From positions 1,952,001 through 2,016,000 of the forward strand of contig OZ253564.1 of NCBI GenBank assembly GCA_965262915.1: 64,000 nt of DNA, read 5' to 3'. The notes beneath the pieces were generated by a model that had not been told where the DNA came from, ran no database searches, and was given only the letters and a program-made list of their open reading frames with translations. This DNA comes from Candidatus Spongiisociaceae bacterium (GTDB lineage Bacteria; Actinomycetota; Acidimicrobiia; Spongiisociales; Spongiisociaceae). The position numbers were made by a program, and so were the translations under genes. Of the stretch, positions 9,399 through 20,223 are shown piece after piece; position 1 is the first letter of the stretch; each line of letters starts with the position of its first letter.

Positions 9399-11026
9399 TC
9401 GACCGGACCCTGCGACGATCTCTTCGGGCGGCTTGCATCGCCTACTCGCCCGAGACTATCCCACGTGGCTCCGGTCGCTCCCGAGTTCCGCAGCTCCTGT
9501 TTCTGGACCCGGCCGAGTACCGAGCGAGGCAGGCTCTCAACCAACTCGACATACCTGGGGACCATGTGCTCGGGTAGATAGTTCCGCAGGAACTCGATGA
9601 AGTCACTGGTTTCGAGCGTCGAGCCCGGTTCGAGCTCCAAGACGATCTTCAGTTCCTCGTCGCCGAAGGCGTCCGGCACTCCAACGAGGACGGCTTCCAC
9701 GACGCCGCTGTACCTGGCGGCGGTCTGCTCGATGTCGTACACGGGAATCCGGGTGCCGCGTCTTCTGATTGCATCGGTCTCGCGGCGCACGAAGTACATG
9801 AACCCGGCCTCGTCCCGATAACCCACGTCTCCTGTGTGGTACCAGAGGTTGCGGAACGCTTCCAGGGTCTCGTCCGGCTGCTTGTAGTAGCCTTCCATGA
9901 TCGTAAATGGCAGGCGTGGCCTGGCGACGAATTCACCTTCCGCTCCGGGCGGAAGTTCCCGGCCTATAGCATCGACGACCCTCATCTCAGCTCCGCCCGG
10001 CATCGGGCGACCGCAAGACCCGAGGGGTGTTCCGTCGAATGGGCTCGTCGTGAGGGCGAGCGTCTCCGTCACAGCGTACCCGTCGAGGAGCTTCACTCCG
10101 AAGCGTTGCTCGAAGTCGCGATGGATGTCTTTGGGCATCGGGTTGCCGACGATGTAGTGCAGTGGGTGGTCCAGGTCGTCATCGCGCACGGGTTGGGACC
10201 AGAGGATAGGCACCATCCCACCGACCAGCATCGTCATGGTCGCGCTCGAGTCGCGAACGTTATCCCAGAACTGGCTTGCGCTGAACTTGTCGATGATCGC
10301 CAGCTGGGCGCCGACCAGCAGCGGGGTCAACAAGGCATGGAACTGGATGCCGTGGAAGAGCGGGAGGCAACAGAGGAACGTACCGTCGGTGTCGAGGATC
10401 GGTCTCTCATACGACTCGCTCTGTCTGGTGATGTTGGAGACGGCAAAATTGTGCGTGATCATGACGCCCTTCGGCGGCCCGGTCGTTCCGCCCGTGTAGA
10501 TGACGCCGACGAGGTCGTGGGGCCTAACTTCGGGAAAGGCACCACCGTCATCGGTCGCGTAGAGCGCATCGAGGGACAGAAGCGTCGCGGCCGGAAAGGC
10601 AGGCACGGTGGATATGTCTCCCCGTCCCACGAGAGTTGTCAACGACGGAGCGAGTTCCAGCTCCGATCGAAGCCCACGGAGCCGGTCGGCTTCTGCTATG
10701 AGAACGGTGGCGTCGCAGTGGCCGAGGACGTATTCGAGAGGCTGGCCCCGGAACTGCGGATTGATCGGTACGTGGACCGCACCAAGCTTGGCTAGGGCGT
10801 AGAAGAGCACAACGAAGTCGTCACAGTTCGGAAGCATCACTGCCACTTTGGCTGCTCTGTCGATGCCGATGCGGGCCAGGCCCGATGCCAGATGGGCGAC
10901 GCGGTCGGCCAATTCTCCGTAGGTGACTGTCCCGGATCCGTGGCTGAGGTAGACCCGATCGGCGTAAGCGGCTGTGAACCGGTCGAAGGTTCCGCCAACC
11001 GTTGTCATCTCAGGATGTTCGCTCAC
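9386..11026 (-). CDS. Acyl-CoA synthetase (CaiC-like AMP-binding enzyme)
   Basis: YTGGTTGPPKG, GYAVTE and AFRNLWYHTGD motifs. Confidence 0.9.
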   Translation of the reverse strand: MSEHPEMTTVGGTFDRFTAAYADRVYLSHGSGTVTYGELADRVAHLASGLARIGIDRAAKVAVMLPNCDDFVVLFYALAKLGAVHVPINPQFRGQPLEYVLGHCDATVLIAEADRLRGLRSELELAPSLTTLVGRGDISTVPAFPAATLLSLDALYATDDGGAFPEVRPHDLVGVIYTGGTTGPPKGVMITHNFAVSNITRQSESYERPILDTDGTFLCCLPLFHGIQFHALLTPLLVGAQLAIIDKFSASQFWDNVRDSSATMTMLVGGMVPILWSQPVRDDDLDHPLHYIVGNPMPKDIHRDFEQRFGVKLLDGYAVTETLALTTSPFDGTPLGSCGRPMPGGAEMRVVDAIGRELPPGAEGEFVARPRLPFTIMEGYYKQPDETLEAFRNLWYHTGDVGYRDEAGFMYFVRRETDAIRRRGTRIPVYDIEQTAARYSGVVEAVLVGVPDAFGDEELKIVLELEPGSTLETSDFIEFLRNYLPEHMVPRYVELVESLPRSVLGRVQKQELRNSGATGATWDSLGRVGDASRPKRSSQGPVDQPR

Positions 11027-11111
11027 AAACCAGCCTTCACAACGCTCACATCCGGGGTAACGTTGCGGGAATGTCTATGCACAAGGACCGACCGTGGAGA
11101 GGATGGCGATC

Positions 11112-12926
11112 ATGCCTAGATTGAGTCTGAAGCGTAGCATTCCGGCAGTTGCTACGGTCCTGGTGCTCCTTGCCGCTGCGTGCGGTGACACCGCCGACAC
11201 GACTACTACCACCGCAGCGGCGACGACTCAGCCTGCGGCACCTGCTACGACCCAGGCCGAGGCAGCGGCGACGACCCAGGCCGAGGCAGCGGCGACGACC
11301 CAGGCCGAGGCAGCGGCGACGACCCAGGCTGCGGCAGCGGCGACGACCCAGGCTGCGGCAGCGGCGACGACCCAGGCTGCGGCAGCGGCGACGACCCAGC
11401 CCCCACAACCCGCCGTCAGCGGAACCGTGACGGTCGCACTGGCCAATCTCGGCACTGAATCCCTCGATCCCGGACTCGGGCAGAGCCGGGACAAGCTCTA
11501 TTGGGGCCCGATGTACGACTTCTTCATCGGTGCGGATCCCGATGGCAACCTGTCTCCGGATCTCGGGGCGTTGGAGCGATGGGACGCCAATGCCGACGCG
11601 ACGGAGTGGACACTCACCATCCGCACGGGAATGCGGTGGCACGATGGCACACCGGTCACGGCGGACGACGGCGTGTTCTCGATCGAGCGGTACCTGGCCG
11701 AGGATGCCGTCTGTAGCAGATGTCCGGCGTTGCAGAACCTGATCAACCGGGCCGAGAAGGTCGACCAGCAGACCTTCAGGGTGATCCTTGACTCCCCGTT
11801 CCCGTCCTTCGATGGAGACCTCAGTCCGTTGTCGGGCACCATCCCGATCCTTCCCAAGCACTACTTCGAGGCAGTGGGAGCGGCAGAATTCGGCAACAAC
11901 CCGATGGGGAGCGGGCCCTTCAAGTTCGTCGAACGCCAGATCGGGGAGTCGATCGAATTCGAGGCCAATCTCGACTATTGGAACCCGGACCGCGTTCCCA
12001 CGGTGGAGAGGCTCCGAATCATCGCGGTGCCTGAGGCCTTCAATCGCCTCACCCTCCTCGGCACCGGTGAGTTGGACCTCGCCCTTATGAGCCCCGTGCT
12101 CATAGACGACATCCTGGAAAGCGGGTTTCGCGTGATGGGACCCCAGAAGGTCCATACAGTGATGGCTGCTCTGGGACAGAGTTGGCGCGAGGACTACGAC
12201 ACAAGGCTGCTCGACATGCGTCGAGCCATGGCGCTGGCGGTAGATCAGGTGGCCCTCGTGAATGCCGTCTACGGGGACTCTGGGGTCCCGGCAGCCTCGT
12301 TCATAGGTTCCCCCGTCCACCCCGGCTACGACCCAACTCTCGAGGTCTACCCCTACGACCCCGGAGAGGCGACCCGAATCCTCCAAGATGCGGGCCTCGC
12401 CGGGTCCACTGTCACGATCTACACATGGACGAGCTTCTCGGCCCTGCCTGAAGCACCTCTGGTGCTCGAAGCGATCGCGGCATTCCTCGATCAAGTCGGG
12501 CTCGAGACCGAGATCGTCCCGACCGACTTTGCCTCCATCGCCCCGCAGCTCTACATGTCCGAGGGGTCGGAGGCCGGCATCGAGGGCGACAACGCAATCC
12601 ACATCTGGTTCGTCCAATCGGCTGGCTCTCTGGAGAGTGCGATCCGATTCGGGCTCGTTTGTCAGGCAGACGGAGGCAACTTTGGCGCGTATTGGGACTG
12701 CCCAACCGTGAACCGACTGTATGGCGATCTCTTGTCGTCGTCGGACGTTGCGAAGCGACACGAGATCGCTTTGGAGCTCAATCGCGCGGCGCATGACACG
12801 TTCGCCGCCCTTCCTGTCGCCCTAGTCGATCAGGTGTGGGCAGTCGGACCCCGGGTGACGGGCTGGTCCCCTACGGACTTTTCGTCCGAAGACCCACGTT
12901 ACGAAACGATCAGCATCTCGGGCTGA
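11112..12926 (+). CDS. ABC substrate-binding lipoprotein, family 5 (OppA/DppA-like)
   Basis: Lipobox LAAAC, Ala/Thr linker, WHDGTPVTADD and PMGSGPFKF motifs. Confidence 0.9.
   Translation: MPRLSLKRSIPAVATVLVLLAAACGDTADTTTTTAAATTQPAAPATTQAEAAATTQAEAAATTQAEAAATTQAAAAATTQAAAAATTQAAAAATTQPPQPAVSGTVTVALANLGTESLDPGLGQSRDKLYWGPMYDFFIGADPDGNLSPDLGALERWDANADATEWTLTIRTGMRWHDGTPVTADDGVFSIERYLAEDAVCSRCPALQNLINRAEKVDQQTFRVILDSPFPSFDGDLSPLSGTIPILPKHYFEAVGAAEFGNNPMGSGPFKFVERQIGESIEFEANLDYWNPDRVPTVERLRIIAVPEAFNRLTLLGTGELDLALMSPVLIDDILESGFRVMGPQKVHTVMAALGQSWREDYDTRLLDMRRAMALAVDQVALVNAVYGDSGVPAASFIGSPVHPGYDPTLEVYPYDPGEATRILQDAGLAGSTVTIYTWTSFSALPEAPLVLEAIAAFLDQVGLETEIVPTDFASIAPQLYMSEGSEAGIEGDNAIHIWFVQSAGSLESAIRFGLVCQADGGNFGAYWDCPTVNRLYGDLLSSSDVAKRHEIALELNRAAHDTFAALPVALVDQVWAVGPRVTGWSPTDFSSEDPRYETISISG
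11223..11399 (+). repeat. 24-bp coding tandem repeat (TTQAEAAA / TTQAAAAA)
   Basis: 3x ACGACCCAGGCCGAGGCAGCGGCG then 3x ACGACCCAGGCTGCGGCAGCGGCG from 11247, plus degenerate end units. Confidence 0.95.
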
Positions 12927-13003
12927 AGGCACTGCTCGGCGCCACGGGAAGGGTTCTGAGTGCTGCGTTCCCTGCGTGGACGCCGAAAGGAAGGTAAGGG
13001 AGG

Positions 13004-13333
13004 TTGAACTTGATCGTCGACTATCGGGCATACACATTCAAGCCGGGTTCCGTGCCCACGTTTCTTCGGATGTTCGAAGAGGAAGGGCTTGAGATCCAGC
13101 AGCGGATCTGTGGGCGCTTCCTGGGGATCTTCCGGACTGAGGTCGGCAACCTGAATGAAATCATCCAGATGTGGGGGTACGACAGCCTTGCCGAACGCGA
13201 GCGGCGGCGGAAGCTGTTGTTCGAGGATGAGCATTTTCTCGATTACGCCGAGAGAGCCCGGGAAATCATCGTGTCTCAGGAAGTTCGCGTCCTGGAGATG
13301 CCGGCTTTCGCGGCTCACGAGTTGATCGGGTAG
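13004..13333 (+). CDS. NIPSNAP family protein
   Basis: IVDYRAYTFKPG...TEVGNLNEIIQMWGYDSLAERERRR pattern. Confidence 0.88.
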   Translation: MNLIVDYRAYTFKPGSVPTFLRMFEEEGLEIQQRICGRFLGIFRTEVGNLNEIIQMWGYDSLAERERRRKLLFEDEHFLDYAERAREIIVSQEVRVLEMPAFAAHELIG

Positions 13334-13667
13334 AAACCGCTAAGCCGTCGCTCCGGCATCGAGTCCGAGTTATGCACCGGTATCGAAGAGGTCCCTCCTA
13401 CGCTTGACGGAGACCCGGTTGTCCACGATGCAACTCGTACTACTCGTACGATCCGAGCACGAGGCCCACGCCGTTGCTCCTTCAGCGACCACCTGAACCC
13501 GGAGACCATGGCGGGCCTGCCATCGGGACTCTCGTGAGCCCTGCCGATCAAATGGATCGCTCGACGGTGCATGGTCGGTTCCGAGGCGTCCGGCCCGAGT
13601 ACAGTGGGTGTCGCGGCTTCCGAGCAGCGACCGGAATGCGGCGGTGAAGCGAGCCCGGAGGCGCTTG

Positions 13668-14438
13668 GTGGGAACGCGTGAAGTAGCGGTGATCACGGGT
13701 TCGGGCAGGCCTTGGAGTCTCGGGCGCGCTTGCGCTGTCCTACTCGCGTCTAAAGGAGTCGACATCGCCGTCGTCGACCTTCGGGCGGATTGGGGGAGAG
13801 AGGCCGTCACGGCCGTTGAACAGGCCGGAGCGAAGGGCTTCTTCGCTCATACCGACATCTCCCGCCGCGACGACGTAGAGGCGATGGTGGCGGGCGTCCT
13901 CGACGAGTTCGGTCGCATCGACACGCTCATTAACAGCGCGGCCGTCGTCGAGAACAGGCCCCTTGACGAGATCACTGATGAGCATTTCGATCGTGTCATC
14001 GGTATCAACCTGCACGGAACGATCCTCACCTGTCAGGCAGTAGCACCGACCATGCGACGGCTCGGCCGAGGCCGGATCATCAACATAGCCTCCGGGGCCG
14101 CCGTCCGGCCGCTGCGAACCACCGGTGTGTACAGCGCTTCCAAAGCGGCGGTAGTCGGCTTCAGCCGGGTCCTCGCACTAGAGTTGGCCGAAGACGACAT
14201 CGTGGTCAATGTCGTTGCGCCGGGGACGATGGGCAATGCAATGGGGAGTGAGCGTGGCCCGGAGGTCCGGGGCGATGTCGGATCGGCGAAGCTCGCGGCG
14301 GCGCTCCCCGCGCAGCCCTTCGGAACGCTCCCGACCATCGATCAAGTGACGGACCTCATCGCCTACCTCGCCACCTCGGACTCGCCGATCCTTGCCGGAC
14401 AGACATTGCACGCCAATGCTGGGGCGTGGATGGTGTGA
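13668..14438 (+). CDS. Short-chain dehydrogenase/reductase
   Basis: VITGSG..LG, INSAA, IINIAS and YSASK catalytic motif; start chosen by GGAGG RBS. Confidence 0.9.
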   Translation: MGTREVAVITGSGRPWSLGRACAVLLASKGVDIAVVDLRADWGREAVTAVEQAGAKGFFAHTDISRRDDVEAMVAGVLDEFGRIDTLINSAAVVENRPLDEITDEHFDRVIGINLHGTILTCQAVAPTMRRLGRGRIINIASGAAVRPLRTTGVYSASKAAVVGFSRVLALELAEDDIVVNVVAPGTMGNAMGSERGPEVRGDVGSAKLAAALPAQPFGTLPTIDQVTDLIAYLATSDSPILAGQTLHANAGAWMV

Positions 14439-14774
14439 GGTCGATTCAGTCTGCGCCGCGGTGAGTTGTGCCCCTGATGCCACGGTGCCTCAAGCATGGT
14501 GTCGGACCTCGATAGATCGACCCGACGGGATATCGCCTTCGACCGGCAACAGGATCCCAGTAGCGATAGGCGTGGAGCCGTCCGATAGGTCGATCCGTGG
14601 CCCTAGTCCCGTGGCACCGGCGACGCCGAGGTTGAGGATGGGTCGGTTCCAATTCAGTCTCGAACCTTTCCGCAAGACTTTCCAAACAGGCTGAGAGGAT
14701 TTTCCGAGTTGTCAGCGATATCCTGAGGGCTGACCCCTAGAGTCTACGATCCGAGCGATACCAGAGGAGGCTGC

Positions 14775-15833
14775 ATGGAATCGACGGCAGGCACCTCCGG
14801 CCCGCCGAAATCACCGGTTTCCACCTTGACTCACGAGGCAGTCTTGTCGGTGCGGGACCTCAGGACCTACGTGTTCACACGCCGCGGTGAAGGGAAGGCC
14901 GTCGACGGTGTCAGCTTTGATGTCTATCGCGGTAAGACGCTGGGTGTGGTCGGCGAATCCGGATCAGGAAAGAGCATGACGGCGCTGTCGATTCTCGGTC
15001 TGAACCCGAAACCGGAGACCCGAATCGTGAGCGGCGAGATCGTCCTCAACGGGGAAGACCTTCTCGGCAAGACTCCCCGCGAAATGCGTGCCGTCCGTGG
15101 CAAGCTCCTCGGCATGATCCTCCAGGATCCGATGACGGCCCTGAACCCGGTACTGACGATAGAGGATCAGGTATCCGAACCGCTCCTCGTTCACCGATTG
15201 TACTCCGGCCGAGGGATCCGGGAACGCGTCATCGATCTCCTCCGCATGCTGCGCATCCCTGGAGCGGAAAGCAGGCTGAAGAACTTTCCGCACCAATTCT
15301 CCGGTGGAATGCGCCAGCGCGTGGTGGGCGCAATTGCAATGTCCTGCAACCCCGACGTGCTGATCGCGGACGAGCCGACAACTGCGCTGGACGTGACTCT
15401 GCAGGCTGCCTACCTTGAGGTGCTGAAACGAATCCAGCAGGATCACTCGGTGGCGATCATCTTCATCACGCACGATTTCGGCATCGTCGCCGACATGTGC
15501 GACCGCGTCGCCGTGATGTACGCCGGCAAGATCGTCGAGGATGCGGCGACGGTCGAGTTGTTCGATCATCCCGCACACCCCTACACGATGGGCCTCCTGG
15601 GGTCGATACCCAATGTCGAAGAGGATGTCGCGCGCCTGGTTTCGATACCTGGCAGTCCGCCTTCGATTTTCGACAGGACACCCGGCTGCTCCTTTGCCCC
15701 CCGGTGCCGGTTTGCCACCGACCAGTGTGGTGCCGAAGAACCGCCTGTTGTGGAGGTCGCGATCAACCATTTCTCGCGGTGCTGGTACGCACGGGAGATC
15801 CACTCTGGAGAGATCAGCGACCATGACGCCTGA
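14775..15833 (+). CDS. Peptide/nickel-type ABC ATP-binding protein (OppD-like)
   Basis: GESGSGKS, FSGGMRQR, DEPTTALD, HPYT and C-terminal Cys cluster. Confidence 0.93.
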   Translation: MESTAGTSGPPKSPVSTLTHEAVLSVRDLRTYVFTRRGEGKAVDGVSFDVYRGKTLGVVGESGSGKSMTALSILGLNPKPETRIVSGEIVLNGEDLLGKTPREMRAVRGKLLGMILQDPMTALNPVLTIEDQVSEPLLVHRLYSGRGIRERVIDLLRMLRIPGAESRLKNFPHQFSGGMRQRVVGAIAMSCNPDVLIADEPTTALDVTLQAAYLEVLKRIQQDHSVAIIFITHDFGIVADMCDRVAVMYAGKIVEDAATVELFDHPAHPYTMGLLGSIPNVEEDVARLVSIPGSPPSIFDRTPGCSFAPRCRFATDQCGAEEPPVVEVAINHFSRCWYAREIHSGEISDHDA

Positions 15834-16845
15834 GCCGATGGCCCTCCCGGATGCTGCACCTCTCCTCGAGGGTCGCAACCTCACGAAGCATTTCAGCGTG
15901 GCGCGCCGCAAGCCATGGGGAGATCGGGAATCGGTTCGTGCCGTCGACGGCGTTTCGTTCTCGGTCAAGCCCCACGAGACCTTCGGCCTCGTGGGCGAGT
16001 CTGGATGTGGCAAGACAACCACGGCACGAATGCTGCTACGGCTCGAAACGCCGACCTCCGGGGAAGTCCTTTACAAAGGGCAGAACGTGAGCGAACTCCG
16101 CGGCGAAGGCTTGCGGGCCTACCGCGGCGCTGTCCAAGCCGTGTTCCAGGATCCGTGGAGCTCGCTCAATCCCAGGATTCGAGCCGGGTCGATCATCGCT
16201 GAGCCGCTCGTCGTCAACGAGAACCTCAGCAGATCCCAGATCAGGCAGAAAGTGGGTGATCTGCTCACGGCGGTTGGTCTCGAGCCGGCGCTCGCCTTCA
16301 ACTACCCGCATGAGTTCAGCGGTGGCATGCGTCAGCGGATTGCTGTTGCGCGCGCGCTGTCGTTGAACCCTGATCTGATCGTCCTCGACGAGCCGGTCAG
16401 CGCACTCGACGTGAGCATTCGGGCCCAGATCATGAACCTGCTGCGCGACCTCCAGGATGAGTTCGGAGTCGCTTACTTTCTCGTCGCGCACGACCTCGCA
16501 ACCGTCCGCTATCTCAGTCACTGGGTAGCCGTGATGTACCTCGGGCAGATCGTCGAGATCGCCCAATCTGACGAGCTGTTCTCCAATCCGCTGCATCCCT
16601 ACACGGAGGCCCTCATCTCGGCGGCCCTGCCGGCTCATCCCAGGCGGAAGCGCCAGCCCATCATCCTGTCCGGCGAGGTTCCCTCGCCGACCCACCCACC
16701 CTCGGGTTGCCGATTCCACACCCGGTGCCCGGTCTCGCTCACAGCCGCCGCGGACGGAGATCCGTTCTTCGAGCTCACGATCAGCGAAGTCCCCGAGCTC
16801 AAGGAAGTCGCTCCCGACCACTTCGTACGATGTCACCAATACTGA
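15823..16845 (+). CDS. Peptide/nickel-type ABC ATP-binding protein (OppF-like)
   Basis: GESGCGKT, FSGGMRQR, DEPVSALD and PSGCRFHTRC; start overlaps end of OppD-like gene. Confidence 0.93.
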   Translation: MTPEPMALPDAAPLLEGRNLTKHFSVARRKPWGDRESVRAVDGVSFSVKPHETFGLVGESGCGKTTTARMLLRLETPTSGEVLYKGQNVSELRGEGLRAYRGAVQAVFQDPWSSLNPRIRAGSIIAEPLVVNENLSRSQIRQKVGDLLTAVGLEPALAFNYPHEFSGGMRQRIAVARALSLNPDLIVLDEPVSALDVSIRAQIMNLLRDLQDEFGVAYFLVAHDLATVRYLSHWVAVMYLGQIVEIAQSDELFSNPLHPYTEALISAALPAHPRRKRQPIILSGEVPSPTHPPSGCRFHTRCPVSLTAAADGDPFFELTISEVPELKEVAPDHFVRCHQY

Positions 16846-16879
16846 GATCGGACCGCGGGCAATTCGCTCTGCCCTCCCG

Positions 16880-17794
16880 ATGAAGGTCGGAATCTTCGGC
16901 CTGGGACTCGATGGGGCCGGCCTCGGAATGGAGGTCCGCACATCGCGCGGGCGGGCCGTGACCGTGGTAGGCCTCGACGAGGACCCGGACCGGACTCGCA
17001 AATCCCACGCTGCGGGAGCCATTGACGAAGCGGCTCCGGACGTGGCGACGCTGGCCGCCATACCTACGATCTTCGTCGCCGTCGAACCGGCCGCCCTGGA
17101 GCGCGCATTCCGCACGCTCAGTCCCCACCTCCGTCCCGGTGCTGTGGTGAGCGAGGTCGCCCCCGTCAAGAGTCCAGGCGCGATGCTCGCAGGAAGGATC
17201 CTGCCCCCTTCGGTCTCTTTTGTCGGCAGCCATCCTGTCGAGCGTGCCGGGCCGCCCACTGATATCCATGACGGTTGCCGGGTATGGTGTCTCACTCCCG
17301 GACAAGGTGCGACTGCCGACGCCATCGCGACGCTCAGCGACCTCGCCGTTGCCATGGACTACCGACCCTTGATCCTGACCCCCGAGGAACACGACCTCTT
17401 TGTCGGCGGGACTCAACACCTTCCTGCCCTGGCCAGGGCAGCCCTGCTCGCGATCGTCGTCGGCAGTGCCGGCTGGCGGGACCTGGCTCCGCTTGCTGCG
17501 GATCTCGGTGCAACGAAGGTGGCTATACCCACACCGGCCGATCTCGTCGCCAACCACGAGCCGGTCACTCACTGGCTGGACAGACTCCAAGCGCAGCTGG
17601 ACGAGATCAAAGGCGTGCTGGCCGCTGGCGACACGGACGGCATTGCTCGCCTACTCGAGGATCTCGCCCTGCACGAAGGCCGTATCACCGCATCCGAAGC
17701 CGAAACCCACGAACCCGGCTTTTTCCGGCGCGTCGCCGAAGGACTGTTCGGCGATCGATTGGTGAAGATCGTGGGCGGAAGGCCAGTGCCGTGA
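16880..17794 (+). CDS. Prephenate/arogenate dehydrogenase (TyrA)-fold protein, divergent
   Basis: GIFGLGLDG Rossmann start, SEVAPVK, GSHP and EEHD...QHLP. Confidence 0.7.
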   Translation: MKVGIFGLGLDGAGLGMEVRTSRGRAVTVVGLDEDPDRTRKSHAAGAIDEAAPDVATLAAIPTIFVAVEPAALERAFRTLSPHLRPGAVVSEVAPVKSPGAMLAGRILPPSVSFVGSHPVERAGPPTDIHDGCRVWCLTPGQGATADAIATLSDLAVAMDYRPLILTPEEHDLFVGGTQHLPALARAALLAIVVGSAGWRDLAPLAADLGATKVAIPTPADLVANHEPVTHWLDRLQAQLDEIKGVLAAGDTDGIARLLEDLALHEGRITASEAETHEPGFFRRVAEGLFGDRLVKIVGGRPVP

Positions 17795-19311
17795 ACGCAG
17801 CCGGGAACGGATCTATAGATCTGCTCATCACCGGCGGCACCGTTGTCGACGCCGGTGGATCGACGATCGCCGACCTCGCGGTGACGAACGGGACTATCAC
17901 CGCGGTAGGAGAACTCGCGGGCTGGCTGGACGCGGCACAGACATTGGACGCGACCGGATTGCTGGTCTTGCCCGGCCTCGTCGACGGCCACTTCCACTGC
18001 GCTGCGGCCTCGGCGTCACCGGTGGCCGACGACATGCGTCAGGGAACGATCAGCGCGGTCCACGGTGGCGTCACCACGGTCATGGTGCACGTGTTCGGCA
18101 GTCGCGGTCAGCCGTTGACGGAAGCCCTCGAATCCTTCGCTGCCACCGCCGGTGCCCAATCGCTGATCGACTACGGGATGCACTGCGGTGTGCGGCCGGA
18201 ACCGGAGTTGGTCGACCAGATCCCCACCGTGGTGTCTCTCGGCAGCCGGTCATTCAAGTTCCACCTCGATTATCGCAAGACGGGCGACGGCAGGATGTTC
18301 GATACCGACCTGCTTCTCGCCGGCATGGAGCACGTTGCATCGGTCGGCGCCGTCGCTATCGTCCACGCCGAGGATGGCCACGTCATCGACCACCTAGAGA
18401 ACAAGGTCTCCGCTCTCGGGCAAAGCGCGGTGTCGTCTTTCCTCGGCACCCGGCCCGACATAGCTGAAGAGATGGCAATCGAGCGGGTTGCCGCACTCAG
18501 CGAGTTGAGTGGCTGCCCGGTGGTCTTCGCCCACGTCACATCGGCTCGCTCCTCCTCCCGGCTTGCCGAGCTTCAGGCGAGGCGATCCGGTCTCCATGCC
18601 GAGACGCAACCCCACTACCTCGTCCTTACCGATGATGACCTCCAAAAGCAAGGCGCCATGGTGAAGGTCGGCCCTCCCCTTCGATCGGCGGCAGACAATT
18701 CGGCGATGTGGGAGGCCCTCCGGCGGGGAACGGTCGAGAGCCTTTCCAGCGACCACGTCCCCTACCGCCGTGCGATGAAAGCCGCGGCCGGGTCCGACTT
18801 CCTCGTCGATACGCCCTTCGGACTGCCCGGCGTGGAGACAATGTTGGGAGTTGCCTACACCCACGGCGTGACTGAGGGCCGGGTGTCCTTGCCCCAGATG
18901 GTGCGCTTCCTTTCGGAAGCGCCGGCCCGTCGCTTCGGTATCTATCCCCGGAAGGGGTCCCTGCGGCCGGGGGCCGACGCTGACATCGTAATCTTCGATT
19001 CGCGATCGAGATGGACGGTGAATTCGGATGACTTGCACTCGGCGGCCGACTTCACGCCATATGAAGGCTGGACGTTTGAGGGCCGGGTCAAGTCTGTGTT
19101 CCAACGCGGACGCCAAGTCGTGGCCGATGGCGAGCTCTTGGCGGAGCCGGGTGACGGGAAGTATGTGCCACAGACCGCCGTCGATCACATCGGCGTTCTA
19201 GCGGTGCCGAATACCGAGAGGGAGACCGTCGGAGGTAGTGTCAGGCATGTCGGCGAATCATCCGTCGGTCGATCCGTGAGGGCCGGACCGACGATGGGGA
19301 GGACGAGATGA
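17791..19311 (+). CDS. Dihydropyrimidinase/hydantoinase-like cyclic amidohydrolase
   Basis: DGHFH, SFK (carboxylated Lys), VHAED, FAHVT, SSDH and KGSLRPGADAD; GTG overlaps previous stop. Confidence 0.88.
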   Translation: MNAAGNGSIDLLITGGTVVDAGGSTIADLAVTNGTITAVGELAGWLDAAQTLDATGLLVLPGLVDGHFHCAAASASPVADDMRQGTISAVHGGVTTVMVHVFGSRGQPLTEALESFAATAGAQSLIDYGMHCGVRPEPELVDQIPTVVSLGSRSFKFHLDYRKTGDGRMFDTDLLLAGMEHVASVGAVAIVHAEDGHVIDHLENKVSALGQSAVSSFLGTRPDIAEEMAIERVAALSELSGCPVVFAHVTSARSSSRLAELQARRSGLHAETQPHYLVLTDDDLQKQGAMVKVGPPLRSAADNSAMWEALRRGTVESLSSDHVPYRRAMKAAAGSDFLVDTPFGLPGVETMLGVAYTHGVTEGRVSLPQMVRFLSEAPARRFGIYPRKGSLRPGADADIVIFDSRSRWTVNSDDLHSAADFTPYEGWTFEGRVKSVFQRGRQVVADGELLAEPGDGKYVPQTAVDHIGVLAVPNTERETVGGSVRHVGESSVGRSVRAGPTMGRTR

Positions 19312-20222
19312 TCTCGTTTATCGCGAAGCGCCTGGCTCAGGCTGCAATCACCATGATCGCGGTCACCATCGCCGTCTTCCTCCTGAGCCACGCGACGGGG
19401 AATCCGGCCGACGTGATACTCCCGATCGAAGCTACCGGCGAGCAGCGCGCCGCTCTCATCGACCGCCTCGGCCTCAATGAGCCCCTTCCCGAGCAGTATT
19501 GGATCTTCATCACAAACGCCGTGCAGGGGGATTTCGAGCGTTCGATCCGGACGCGCTCTCCCGTCATGGACCTCGTCGGCGACCGCTTCTGGAACTCGAT
19601 CAAGCTCGCGACTGCGGCGATCGGTTTTACGATCCTGGTCAGTGCTCCGCTCGGTGTGATTGCGGCCGTGAGGCGAGGCCGGTGGGCCGACAAGGGCGCG
19701 ATGACCTTCGCCACCCTGGGCCAGTCGTTACCGCCTTTCTTCACCGGCGTGCTTGCGATTCTCGTGTTCGCAGTCTGGTTCCGTGTTCTCCCTGCTCAGG
19801 GTGCCGACACCTGGAAACACTACGTCTTGCCGGCCGTCACGATGGGCTGGTTCACGGGGGCCGGCGTAACCCGCCTGATGCGTTCGGGCATGTTGGAAGT
19901 GCTCGATAGTGAGTACATCAAGCTAGCCCGGGCCAAGGGCACCTCAGAGACCAAGGTCATCTGGAAGCACGCCATGCGCAATGCTCTGATCCCGGTCGTG
20001 ACCTTCGTAGGGCTTATGTACGGGATTCTTCTAGCCGCCGCCGTTTCGACCGAGGTTGTGTTCGGGTGGCCAGGCATGGGCCGACTCGCTTTCGAAGCCG
20101 TTTCCTGGCGGGATTTCCCTCTGTTGCAAGCGGTTGTGCTCGTATGGTCCCTTGTCATCATTGGAATCAACCTCGTGGTGGACCTGAGCTATGGCCTTCT
20201 CGACCCTCGCATCCGGCGCTGA
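19308..20222 (+). CDS. ABC permease (OppB-like)
   Basis: LDSEYIKLARAKG...HAMRNA and EVVFGWPGMG. Confidence 0.93.
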   Translation: MISFIAKRLAQAAITMIAVTIAVFLLSHATGNPADVILPIEATGEQRAALIDRLGLNEPLPEQYWIFITNAVQGDFERSIRTRSPVMDLVGDRFWNSIKLATAAIGFTILVSAPLGVIAAVRRGRWADKGAMTFATLGQSLPPFFTGVLAILVFAVWFRVLPAQGADTWKHYVLPAVTMGWFTGAGVTRLMRSGMLEVLDSEYIKLARAKGTSETKVIWKHAMRNALIPVVTFVGLMYGILLAAAVSTEVVFGWPGMGRLAFEAVSWRDFPLLQAVVLVWSLVIIGINLVVDLSYGLLDPRIRR

Positions 20223-20223
20223 C

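Noticed and set aside
11223-11399. Regular repeats as a CRISPR array (also 29154-29296)
   Set aside because: Head-to-tail units with no unique spacers, in frame within lipoprotein linkers; no cas genes
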